The position numbers and the translations under genes were made by a program. Under the pieces are notes generated by a model. That model was given only the letters and a program-made list of their open reading frames with translations, ran no database searches and was not told the origin of the DNA. A stretch of 63,945 bases of DNA, filler included, from Piptocephalis cylindrospora (lineage: Eukaryota), in assembly GCA_003614145.1 (NCBI GenBank). It is 3 parts of 3 records of this genome, joined end to end, with 100 filler letters (N's around TTAATTAATTAA, not from the genome) between each part and the next. Parts side by side here need not be neighbours in the genome. Positions count along the whole stretch, not along the records: positions 1 to 22,581 come from KZ987798.1; 2 more parts are not named here. One strand, written 5' to 3'. This document shows positions 10,767-22,681 of this stretch, piece after piece (position 1 is the stretch's first letter; each line of letters opens with the position of its first letter).

Positions 10767-13700
10767 TCTGTTCCTGCTCCTGCCCCTCCTACTCTTCCTG
10801 CTCCTGCTCCTGCCCCTCCTCCTTCTCTTTCTTCTTCTCCCTTTACTCCTGCCACGACCATGCCCTTCCTCCCGGCCCTTCGGGATTCTGGGGTTGGAAG
10901 GGTCAATTGAAGAGCCCTTCTCGGTGGTGGGGTCAATGGAGAGGTCCGAGGTGACGCCGAGATCTGGGTCAATGGATCCTCCCCCCGATATCCTTCATGC
11001 TCACGCTCATTTCTCTCGGATCTTTCTCCTCTCCCCCTTCCCCCATCCTCCTTCTCCTTCTCCTCCTTCTCCTCCTCCTCCTTCCACTTTTCTTTCCCCC
11101 TCCCTCCCCCCTCTCTCTCCTCATCATCCTCCTCACCGAGAACCCGAGCCGTCTCATCCCCATTCTGAACAAATATTGGTCGTCCTGTCCTCAACGTTGG
11201 TCTCCGAGATGCCCTCCTCACCACTCTCTGCGCACCAAATTTCCTGGATGCTCCCTCCCCCTTCCCTCCTCCTCTTCTTTCTCCTTCATCTCTCTTATCT
11301 CCTCCGTCTCCCCCATCCCCTCCATCTCCCCCATCCCTCTCCTCCCTCTCCTCCCCTTCCTCTGCCTCATCCTCGGTAAAATCAACAGTCGCTGCATCCT
11401 TCTCCACCGCAATATCCCCCTCCTCATCAATATCCCCCTTCTTCCACGCCCGTATCCTCTCCTTCCTCATCCTCTCATACCCCTCCTCCCCAACCATCGC
11501 TCCTCCAATCACCCCTTCATGGAATACCTTGCCCAGAGCATCCAACCATCGGGAGGGCCCAAGTGGCTTGGGGAGAAGAAGGGTCCGTTTCCTCGTCCTC
11601 GTCCTCGCCCTCTCCTCCCTCCCCGTCTTCCCCGCCCTCTCCATCCTCTCTGCCATCGCCCCAGCCCTCTCCATCGCCGTGGAGACCCGTTGGTAATCCG
11701 CGACCCCACATAGGCCCACCACCCTCGTGGTTCCGGCCACCCTACAGGCCCTCTGAAAGACCCGGGTCCTTGCATCGATCCTCGCCCGTCTTTGCCTCCC
11801 CTCTGCCACCTCATTCTGCGTCTCGCTCCTCCCTCTTCCCCCTTCCCTCCCCCATGTATCATCCACTTCATCAATATCCATCACCACTAAAACGTACTTG
11901 CTCATCTCTGCACATAGCCTTTCATCCATCCCCTCCTCTCCCCCTCTCCCCCTCCCCTTCCCTTTCCCATCTCCATCTCCATACCCTTCCCCATACCCTT
12001 CCCCATACCCATCTCCATACCTTTCCCCTTCCTCGGCTCCCCAGTCTGGGTCGAGTACCACAGTGTGTGCTCCATACCTCGTCACCATCTCCGAGAGTAA
12101 TCGTCCATTGACCCCCGAGGGCTTCCCGAGTAAGGCTACAATATGGCCAGAGAGGGACCGTCGAATGCGAAAGTCCCGGATCTGATGATCCCCCCGGTGC
12201 TCCTCCCAGGTTCGTCCCACCGGGATTCTCACCTCGAATTCACTACCTACACTTGGGGCGCTTCGAACAGCAAAGGTACCCTTGAGGGCCGTGACCAGAT
12301 GTCGGGTAATGGCCAGGCCAAGACCAGTGCCTCCGTGCATGGGGTCCTCCTGCGAAAAGGGCTCACATAGATGGGCCTGGAAGGCCGGAGACATACCTGG
12401 TCCGGTGTCCTGTACCACAATCGTCAGCCAGTTTCCATCATGATCCATATTCCTGGATCCCTCAGGGCCGTGTGTTCTTGTCCCGCCGTTCCCCACCTCA
12501 ATGCCCATTTTGAGGATGACTTCCCCAGATGTGGTGAACTTGAGGGCATTCCCCAGAAGGTTCAGAAGGATCTGACGGACACAGCCAGGATCGGTAAGAC
12601 ACCATCGGTTTTCCCAGTAGGCTCGACCACTTCCCTCCCCATCCGCCTCACTCGTCCGTTTCAGCCTAACCATGCCCTTTACAACTTCGTTGGACCTTTC
12701 TTCCGTAGCCAAGAGCCCTTCAATGCCAAGTTCCACATGAGGTCGAACTGAAGTGGCCACTGCATCCCCCACCTCCTGAGCCAAGGCCCAAACTTCAACC
12801 CTCTCCCTCTTACCCACCACCTCGACTCGTCCAGATTCCAGTTTGGCTAGATCCAAGACATGGTTGACTACACTAACTAGTCCCTTCCCACAGGTCTCAA
12901 TGGTACGAAGAAGCTGACGTTGGGCATCATTGAGACAAGTGTCCTCCAGTAACTCGGTTATGGCAAGGATCCCGTGAAGAGGGGTACGAAGCTCATGACT
13001 GATACTACTGACGAAGGTAGATTTTGCTCTGGAAGCAGCCTCGGCCCTTCCCCTTTGAGCTAGGGCAGTGAGGCTAACAGAGAAGTTACGCAGGAGCTTC
13101 CTATCCGCATCTTCCATGACCCTTCGTTTGTCCCGACTCCATATGGAAAAAATGGCCCACGGGACCTTACCTCCAGGCTCCTTGTAGACGGGGACTCCGA
13201 GGCCTGATTGGATCCCTAAGGCCTTGAGTAGAGCTGGCGGGGAAAGCGAGGGGGGAGCGTCTTCATCCTCATCTTTCCCTTCCTTACAGACTTGTTCCCA
13301 GACATAACCATCCTGGGAAAGTGAGGCAGGACGGAGAAAATCCCCCCACCCATCTGAAAGAGGAACCGGATCACCCTGCTCAGCCCCCGACGATGTGGGA
13401 AAGAGGCTACTGGTGGAAGGGATGTTGGAAAGGGGGGTGGAGGAAGCGGAATAGTGGTATTCGGTAGAGGCAGTAGCAATGGCAGTGGCGGAAGTGGAGG
13501 ACAGTGGGCTGCTCTGACGACGACGCATATGTTGAGTAATGATGCGCGGGTGGGAGAAACTGCTTTCCCCAGTGCCTCCATGGGTTCTTTCTCCATCATA
13601 CACCACGACCACTCGGGTTTTATCCATATCACCCTCCTCAGCGCCACCTCTCTTTTGGATGTAACAAAGGGAAATGACTGTGCCCTCCCGGTTTGCCCGA

Positions 13701-15336
13701 GTGATAGCCACAACATCCATGGACAGAGTTTCTTGGATCATTTCACAGGAAAGCCTGGCCCCTTTTGCCATGGTCATGGGCTCGGAAGAAGCAACGGTCT
13801 GGGAGGTAAAATCAGCCAAGATTCGCTGCATAGCATCTCTTTCCCGAATGAGCCACCCGGACCTCCAGTGCTCCAGCTCACGCATAGCCATGTCGGCTAG
13901 GGTACGAAGAAGGTTACGATCCTTGGCATCGAACTTTTCCTTAGGTTCTTGATGTAAGATACACAGAGTTCCGAGCGGACGATGCTCATCTGATGAGTAG
14001 AGTGTGGCTCCGGCATAAAAACGGATGTAGGGAGCGGAGGTGACCAGGGGATTGGATTTAAACCTCCAATCTTTGTAAGAATCCAGAACGACCATGGGTT
14101 CACTGGAATGTACGGAAGAAAGGATAGCATGGCCACAGAACGACGCTTCCTTCCCGGCCTCGGAGCATCCAACACCAATCTCACTAGGAAACCATTGGTA
14201 ATCATCATCTAAAAGGGAGATGATGCACATGTGAGTTTCAAAGAGCTTTTGGGTCAGGGCAGTGATCCGGTCAAAGGCCGGTCTTGGGTGACTGGTCCGT
14301 AGCATGCGATACCGATAAAGTTGTCTCCGTCTCCTCCACTCTTCCTTTCCCGGTAATTCCGGAGGGGCAAAGAAACCATGTCCTGAGGGAGGACCTGAAC
14401 TGGGTGGGTCAGGGATACGAAGCGGATCCCAACGCCCACTAGCATATCGAGCCAGAAACGTGTTCCAATCTTCTGAGCTGTTTCCACTCTTGATCTCGGT
14501 ATGTTTATCAGCTGTAGAGGGTGATGCCGTAGTATCCGAGGATACATCTTCTTGGTCTTTTTTTGCGTCCTCATCTTCCACCTTTCCTTCTGCTTCTGTC
14601 TTCGTTTCCTTTTCCTGACTCTTTAATCCCTGATTCATCAGTTCATTCGCTAAAGGAAAGGGTGAGCTGAGCAGGGGTTCGGGGAAAAGAGAGGCAAGGC
14701 AAGATATGTTGTACAACACATACCGTTGGTTGTAGTTGTGGCCTCTTCAAAGTAATCGTCAAGTAAGGATGTCACTGAACCGCTAGGTGTCTTCCGAGCT
14801 CTGTCTTGGTCTACTGTAAAAGAGGTAGGGATAGCCGAATCGGATGATGGTATGACGGGAGGGGTAGGGAGAAGCGGTAGTGATGGCGAGTCTGTGAGAA
14901 AATTATCCGATACCACCGGTAAGACGCCCTCAGAGTGAATTGCTGGGGATACGCTCATATTAGCTCCGGCCTTCACGGATAGGCCCGTTGAGGTGGCGAT
15001 AGAAGATGCCTCTGGAGGATGACTAATTGGCGAGGAAGCACCCGTCCCATCGCCACCTCTTGTCTCTAGCTCCTCGTTCTGGACCGAATGAGCCGCCAGG
15101 GATGTTGAAGGGAAGGATGGGGAGGAATGAGACAGGATCAGGGGGGAGTGATTGGATTGATCCGGACGAGTAGGCGCCCTATCCGCATAACTGGTTGCCC
15201 TTGAGAGCCTTGTCTGGTGCATCCGACGGCCCCCAGAGCTAATGACACCGTTGGCCCAGTAAGCCGGAGTTTGAGATCCCGTGGCCGACTTGCCCTTTAG
15301 ATCAGGATGAGGAGGGTTCGAGGTCGATGGAGACAT
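10271..15336 (-). CDS. Hybrid sensor histidine kinase (GAF-GAF-HisKA-HATPase-REC); intron 14723-14650; 5' end uncertain
   Basis: GAF (SFCGHAIL..DWRF..NPLV..IRFYAGA), H-box SHELRTPLHG, N-box QILLNLLGNALKFT, DTGPGM, GTGLGLAI, and receiver LIVEDN..MDIQMPVMDG..FLTKP. The intron joins ORF 14650-15336 in frame. Confidence 0.93.
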
Positions 15337-15681
15337 GACGTCTACAACCGTAGCCTGAGGAGATGGTAAGGGGTGGGGATTGAAGGCGGTGCAGAAAACC
15401 TTGGATGATAAAGGAAGGAATGGGGAGGAGAGTGTGGGGGAGACTTGGAAGAAAGATGCTGCGAAGCTCGTTCCTGTCGTGGTTGGATAGAAGAGGAAGG
15501 AAGGTCAGATGACAAAAGGCAAGAGAGGTAAAGCCAATCAACAAGAAAGAAGTAAGGAGGAGAAAAGGCAAAAGAAAAGGGATAGGGAAGGGGGGTAAGG
15601 AGGAGGAGGAGAAGAGAAAGATGAATATATGAGGAAATGATGTCAAAAGAGCCAGAAGGAAGAGGGGAGGACGCTTAGGCC

Positions 15682-16632
15682 TCAGAAATAACACTCACCT
15701 TCACCGTCAATGGTGTGCGGAGGAAGATCCAGCCGGTGCGCTCGCGGTACATAGTTTGACTCGCCCCACCGGGCGCCAGTCTCTCCGACTGGTGCTGATA
15801 CCTGCCAGACCTGGCCATGTTGGCTGGTGCAGGATGTGGGCGCCGATGCAGGCAGCTGTGAATGTGAGTAAGGGCGTGGAAGTGTGCAGGAAGGTTGCAG
15901 ATGGGAGAAACAGGAGGGGTGGGGCCGCATGTCGATCCCACCCAATCCTTTGTTGGTGGCAGCGATACTGGTGAGCCCAGCATAGGAAGTCTCACCAACC
16001 TGGGTCGATACAGTAGGCCAGTCCGATGGAGGAGATTGTGACACAAGCTGCCATCGGGAAAAGGCAGGTCTATCCAGCTCCTTGCCATATTTGGTCACAT
16101 AGTGCTGTGGACAGTGGATCAGCTTAGATTCGTCGTCGCTTTGATGAAAATATATACCAGTGATGGGCCCTCGACGATCTCTGGGGATTGGACATGTAGA
16201 AGGAGGTGAAGGGCACATTGGGTGGGTGGGGAGCAGAGAATAGGGTGGTAATACTGTTAGGCACAGTGGGTCTACACCAGGAGGGCTTGGACAGGAATGA
16301 TGAAGCCACTGGAGGATGGCGCTGTTTTTGTTCGGATCGCTTGATAATCCTCGGTAACGAAGAGGAGAGGTAGTATAGTCTTGTTGACGATCAGAAAGAC
16401 TAAGCATTGCAGAATGAGACCACGAGGAGGATGAAGCCTGTTTCTTACGCTTTCCAACTGCCTTTCCCGAGAGGATTGGATGGGAAGTTGATGCGATGAG
16501 CCCACTACCTCGCCTCTCTACCTGCTCATGTTCACAAGTCTGAAACAATTCTTCGGATGATGCAACAGGTTGGCCGACTGGGATACTGGGTGACGAGGAC
16601 GGGATGTCCCCTTGATCCACGGTCATGATCAA
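15682..16632 (-). CDS. Ser/Pro-rich ORF upstream of the HK: separate gene, uORF or HK 5' exon
   Basis: 316-codon open frame ending just past a strong G|GTGAGT donor at 15698. No recognised domain. Confidence 0.35.
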   Translation of the reverse strand: MIMTVDQGDIPSSSPSIPVGQPVASSEELFQTCEHEQVERRGSGLIASTSHPILSGKAVGKRKKQASSSSWSHSAMLSLSDRQQDYTTSPLRYRGLSSDPNKNSAILQWLHHSCPSPPGVDPLCLTVLPPYSLLPTHPMCPSPPSTCPIPRDRRGPITGIYFHQSDDESKLIHCPQHYVTKYGKELDRPAFSRWQLVSQSPPSDWPTVSTQVGETSYAGLTSIAATNKGLGGIDMRPHPSCFSHLQPSCTLPRPYSHSQLPASAPTSCTSQHGQVWQVSAPVGETGARWGESNYVPRAHRLDLPPHTIDGEGECYF

Positions 16633-18807
16633 AGACAGGTTATCTTTGTAAGGAAATGGGAAGGATAGAAGAGGAAAAGAAGGAGCGACAGCTAGGTTGC
16701 GGAGACGTGAGAAGTGAACCTGATGGATGATTAAGCTTTATGGAAGATGAAGAGGGATACTTTTTGAGAGACGAGACAGACGACCTCGTTCGTTAATGAT
16801 ACTAACTTGGTTGCTGTAGTGTTTAGAGGGCCATGCGAGGATAGGGAAAAAAAATTCTCTAGGTTTAATTCATCCAAAGCTTCTTCCTCCTTCCTAGGAA
16901 GATTGTGTTTCTTGGCGGGATGGCGAAATGAGTCCAGTATGTGGTTGTTTAATGGCAATAGCAATCCTGGTAAATAGGATTTGCGCTACGCGATCGGCCT
17001 GATGTGAGGAGACGATGGGCTTCCTACGTCATTTCACTGGAACGAAAGATGCGCACAACATGATAGGGCCCCTGGTATCCTTTGCAACAAGGAGTCTAGC
17101 CATACGGGCCCAAAAGAGTATCCCTGTTGCCTAATAGAGACCATTCAGGAAAGATGCTCCCGAGCTGAGAAAGCCGATTTGTCCTATCCTTCTTCCATCC
17201 ATGAACAACGATTGGAATAGTCATATAGAGCAGCATGGAGGCAATATGAAGCTCAAAGTCCACCCATCTTCCCGTTGATTCAAGTGCATTGCACGGTAGA
17301 AGGCGCATCTCGCGAGATGGATGAACTTCCATCTGTTCCCCATCCACCTTGGACGCACCCACCAAAATCCGCTGCCCAGTTCATCCTGTCATTCTAGTAA
17401 CATCGTATGCAGCAAAAAAGCATTAAAATGGACGACGATCATCTTGGGAATTCTCCATGTAGGACAAGAAGAATCGGATGATGGCTCTTGTGTAGCCTAC
17501 ACCCGCTCCAGATACGGGAATGCATGAGCCCACGGTGGTCATGTCAAAGTAATGACTAAACCATCATTACCCTACCAACATCTTACGCTCACCCATACCC
17601 TGACTGACTGATGAGGCTACTTGGCTTTGTAGTAGACAATATTCGGACCGTGTTAGGGACTGCCAGAAAAATTCATAACTCCAACAACCCAGGATCCAGA
17701 GGACAGGATGAGGGATAATCCCCCAAACCCATGCTTGTCTCTCATGGATTTGGTTATTTTCCCATGTCCCAGGAAGTGTATCCATCAAAGACGGTGCCCT
17801 ACATTGCATAGTCGTTGTGCCATGTCAAGGATGGGTGCAGGATGGATGAGGTCATCCGTACCACATGTAACAGGATCTGCACTTCATCGTGGCTAGTCTA
17901 ATCTAATCACTGTGCGCGTGATGAAGCTGTCCAAGCCTTTTCTTGTGATAATGTGATTTTTGTCATAACACAGGACGGTTTTTAAGGAAGTAGGGCCTAA
18001 GCCAAGGCCCATGAACCCTTTTAAATCCAAGCCCCTCCTCCAAAAAGAAAGGAAGAGGAACCTCTAGGGTGAATTTAGGGCAAAGATATCCAGGAGAAAA
18101 GAGTGCGAACTCGTCATCACTTTTTTCCATACCCCAAGGCAGACGATCCAACCGGACCATCAAGCTCTAAAAGACACCGCTTAGCATACATGTCCAAGGA
18201 TAGAACATAATGAAATGATATATTCTTGATGATCATCTGATTGAGTTGTCACAGCGTGGGGCTCTACAACGAATACTCAGCATACCACACATACAGATAC
18301 CCTTGCTTTTAAACAACGGCTGTCATCCTTGAGAGTTGGGGGGAGTGGATAGCTCTATTGGCCGCCCATGTTCACCCCCCCTAAAAGGTTCGCACAAAGA
18401 TGTTGCATACGGCAGTCCTTGACTGCCTTTTAACAAGTAGTAGTAGCATTGGCAGGTATGCATCCAAATAAAGAAACATTACTGCACCAACACCCTACAT
18501 TATTCCTATATATGCTCATTACCATCCCTTGTTGATCAAGACAATCGCGTCAAATGCACATACGTAGTGGCAAATCTGCAATGTCGATAGAACGAGAATC
18601 CGTCCCAATCGCGTTCATTCATCCCACCCCAGGGACCTCCAAGAAAAAACTATCACATATCCCCGACATATTCCTAGGTCTTCATTGATCCTACCCTACC
18701 TTTAATCTAGAAAATCGTACACACCCATGGTCTAGGGAAAGCGAGGGAGGAAATGAGAATGAAAAGAAAATATCATGTCATCTCGCCCCGTCCCAACCAG
18801 TACTCGC

Positions 18808-21674
18808 TTACCCTGATCGAGCTGTTATCTCATCCTCGTCCTCTTGATGATCCCTTGCGGAGCCCGATGATGTGGATGAGGAAGAAGATTGACCAGGTAG
18901 CTTAGAGGGTCCGCTCATTACCCGACGTTCACCTGCTCGGTGTTTTCCCTTTGGCCCTTTCCCTCCCTTTCCATTTTCTCCATGGCTCCAGAGGTGCCAA
19001 ATGTCCGCCAGTTGCATCTTGCCTTTCCCAGCCTTGGCTCTACTTTGACCCCTCTTCCTCCGGCTCTTCCCAAGCTCCCCCTGCCCTTCTCCTTCAGGCT
19101 CCTCATCCTGATCCTGCTCCCCATCATCACTAAATTCTCGAAGGGCCTCTCGCTCCTGAGATTGCATTTTCCGGATGGTCCACCGGGCCGCTGCTTCCAT
19201 CTGCTCAATTCGCTCCTCCAGCCGGCGTTGATAAAGCATTCCCTGATTATGAGCTCTTCTCAATTCATCAACAGCCCCGCTTTCCTTGATCATATTAGAG
19301 TCCAGAGCATGGGAGGATAAAGCATCCCTATCTTTCTGTAGGGTTAAAAGATCCGACCGAGCCGCCTTGGTTGCCTCCTTCTGGGTGTTTAGCGAGGACT
19401 GGATACCCGTGAGCTCCAGTCGAGTCTCGGCCAGCTCCCGCCTAGCCTCATCCCGTTCCATCAGGGCCCTAGCTAGCTTTGGATCCTCCCTCCAGGAAGC
19501 CTTTCTCGTCCCGTTTCTCGAGATAGTTGAGCTGATCATCCACTCATCCATCAACTCACCCCCCTTTCCTTTACATGCTTCTCCTACTCTGAATTCCTTA
19601 CCTTCCCCCATCCCCTCCTTGCCCTCATCCCTGATGTCCTTTCCCAGCGCTTTGAGGAGAGAATCTCTTTCTGCTAAAATGACTTGGTACAGCCCCTCTA
19701 CAGTCTTTAGTCTACCGGATAAGTCCTGCTGCGCATGAGCCCCATCTACCAAGTCAGACTGAAGTCCCCTGACTAAACGGGAATTCCCCTCTTCTACTTC
19801 CAAGAGCCCTGGGAGGATGGCCTTGTTTAAATCCAATGTGATCCCCTTTACCTCCTCCTGCACCCGGGCCAAGGTGGAAGCCATCTCCAGTAAACTGCAC
19901 TCCTTCTCTTGGAGATCACATTTTACTCTTTCCAGCTCCTGAGCAGCCAACTCCTCCTTTTCTTTGCCCTCTTTCTCCATAGCTTCCCTCTCTCTCAACC
20001 CTTCCTCCATGGCCAATCTGAGTTGCTTTTCTTCCAAAGATTGCTCTCGATTCAATAATCTTGCTTCCTCCAAAGCCCTCTCTGCCAGAGAAAGTCTCTC
20101 ATTTAGACTTTCTTCAGTTAAACGGCAAGTGGTATGCACACTCTTGTCCTGATAGTTTTCTATCTCTTTTGGTACTTCTCCAGGAACAGTACCTAAGGAT
20201 GGATCCCAGGAAAAGCCGGCAAATAGCAGATGCTCAGCCTTAAACCCCCCTCCCGTCCCTCGGGGCCTTGGAGAGGTTACCACGGGCAATGGGGGTTCCT
20301 CCCCCGGTTCTGGAAAGGCAAAATAGTGTGCATCCTCGGGGCTGGACAGATCTGGAACAAAAGGAGGTCTTCCTTCGTTCCATAAAAGGTTAAAGGTCAC
20401 CTCAGCAAAAAAGGGATCCTTTTTGGCCTCGGCAATACCATATCTAGATCCTTCACTGCAGATTAACCTGGATGGACGTTGTGGTCAATGACCCATTTTA
20501 GTTTGTTAATGACGAAATATAGCATTCCCTTTACTCTTGCTTCATCACTGGACTTATCCTTACCGATTCAAAAAATTCTTCATCTCTGGGGTAAAGGAAG
20601 GTCCTTTCCCTTCAGGATTATCCAAGGAAAGATACGACTCATGATCCATGACACGAGCAAAAGTCTGCGCGTCAGTCTCAGCCCAAAACGGTGAAATTCC
20701 TCTAAGGCACTCGTACGCCAGGATCCCCACACTCCATAGGTCACAGTCAGGGCCATAACCCTTTCTCCCGTCTTCTTGGGCCCGTAAGACTTCTGGGGCA
20801 ACATATTCGGGGGTTCCTACAGGAATGGCCCCTCGAATACGCCGGGTTTCCGGGTCAATAAGGGCACAAGCCCCAAAGTCCGCCAGCCGGACATGTCCCC
20901 GAGCATCAATCAGGACATTCCCGGGCTTTACATCCCTATGGGCATACCCGAGGTCGTGCAGAGACTCCAGGGCCAGGATGAGTTCAGCAAGGTAGAACCG
21001 GGTTTCATCCTCAGTTAGCCCTGACCCTTCTCCCTCGACCCCATCCCCATCGCGACGATCCAATAAACCAGCCAGATCACCTCCTTGAAGAAACTCCATG
21101 CCAAGGTACAAGGAAGAGGTGTCCTGGAAGGCAATGGTTAAAGATGGAAACCAAGGAATTTGACTTCCCCGGACGAGGACATCTCGCTCTTCCATGAAGC
21201 AGGCGCGCTCACGGTGACGTAGGAGATATCGCTTATCCAGAGTCTTCAATGCCAGGGTCTTGCCACTCTCCTCGTCCTTTACCACGCTTACAGTTCCAAA
21301 CTGTCCAGTGGCCAGTTGTCTTAGTGAGGTGAATCTCGCTTGGGTGGGGCGGACCCTTCGCAGTTGATCCTCCAATCCGGAAACTAGATATATAGACGGT
21401 CGCGAAGAGGATGGATAATGATTAAATGGACGTAAAGACATACCCCAGAGACCTAGAGGGCGACATATAGTATAAGCTTACATTTTCGGACTATCTCATC
21501 CAAGCTAGAATCCTTTTCGGACATCTGAGATGATGTTAAACTTTGACTTGGGAGCCCCGAGGAGGAAAGGGAGAAACGAGCATCCTCTAGGAACCCACTG
21601 GCAATGTCCATTAACGTATCCATGGAGAGCGGGGCAATGATCGCCTGATCAAGGGTAGAATCACCATCATCCAT
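18808..21674 (-). CDS. AGC Ser/Thr kinase of DMPK/MRCK/ROCK type with coiled coil; exons 21674-21482, 21383-20564, 20467-18808 (about 890 aa)
   Basis: GQFGTV, ALK, ERACFMEERDVLV, HRDVKPGN, DFG, VGTPEYVAPE, RLICS, an AGC tail (PPFVPDLSSPED..F; HLLFAGFSW), then a long heptad coiled coil. The exons join in frame (2673 nt). Confidence 0.9.
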
Positions 21675-22526
21675 GCTGCAGAATGGGAGAGAAGAGAGGA
21701 TAAATTACTGGGACGCTTGAAATGGGGGAAGGGAGGAGAGGGAGAAGCAGGATGGTAGATCCGTATGATACAGGCGCAAGAAGGGAACAACGGTAGAGAT
21801 GAACAAAAGAAGACCAACAAGGGTCAAAACCAGAAAGGTTTCAGTAACCAAAAGACTAGGAGAGAGGAGAGAGAGAGAGAAAAAGTAAGATGACAAGAGA
21901 GTAGAACAAAGACTGGAAAGTAGGAGGAGTAGGGTCAGGATGGGGTGCAAAGTGCGCTTCCAGGAAAGTAATGAAACTTGACGATAAAGCCGTCGAGAGA
22001 GTGAGGAGTGGTTGGCAGGCAAAAATGTGGAGGAAAGGACAGAGGGAAAAAGAGGGTGGGAGGGATAGACAGGGGGAAAGGGAAGTAGGGAAGGATGTGT
22101 TCATTCCCTCTTCCCACTCATCCTAACATCGTGAGAATCAAGGGGGTGAGGAATGGGGAGAGAGGCTAGCCGGGTGACTAGGTCAGCAAGGGAGACAGGA
22201 GACCTGATGCTCGAGCATCGCCAAGCTTGTCTTGGCTCCGCAGGTGTGGTCCTCTCCCATATATGTGGGAGCATCGACAGCATGACCCTGCTGCGGACCA
22301 TCCCCACTAATGTGCTCACGCGCCCACTCCGCTCGCCCAGTCTCCTCTATCAGTCATTTCCAGGGACCCTCTTTCCATCATCACTCACAAACTCTCAGGC
22401 CAACATATTCTAGTATCATCTTCTATCAAGTAGGATTTTCTAAAGAATAGCGCAATATTTCTCTCAAAACATGTTAAATATCCCAACAGAGCGAAGCGAC
22501 TATGCTGATATCCATGCCAAAAAATA

Positions 22527-22581
22527 TGCGTTGGCGGGGAATCGAACCCCGGTCTACCGCGTGGCAGGCGGTAATTATACC
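22527..22581 (-). tRNA. tRNA-Gly(GCC), 5'-truncated at the contig end
   Basis: Reverse complement GGTATAATTACCGCCT-GCC-ACGCGGTAGACCGGGGTTCGATTCCCCGCCAACGCA: anticodon arm, GTTCGA T-loop and a downstream T-run terminator. Confidence 0.9.
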
Positions 22582-22681
22582 NNNNNNNNNNNNNNNNNNN
22601 NNNNNNNNNNNNNNNNNNNNNNNNNTTAATTAATTAANNNNNNNNNNNNNNNNNNNNNNNNNNNNNNNNNNNNNNNNNNNN
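22582..22681. other. Artificial contig-joining spacer
   Basis: N44-TTAATTAATTAA-N44, with stops in all six frames. Confidence 0.97.

Noticed and set aside
10275..14574. Many long antisense and alternative-frame ORFs over the HK and other genes
   Set aside because: Expected shadows of GA-rich, low-complexity coding sequence.
17096..18163. Three short minus-strand ORFs in the same frame, suggesting a pseudogene
   Set aside because: Several stops lie between them and there is no recognisable motif; support is too weak.
22582..22681. Palindromic TTAATTAATTAA between N runs (also 45256-45355)
   Set aside because: A standard artificial six-frame-stop linker, not biological. Gene neighbourhoods across it are unsupported.
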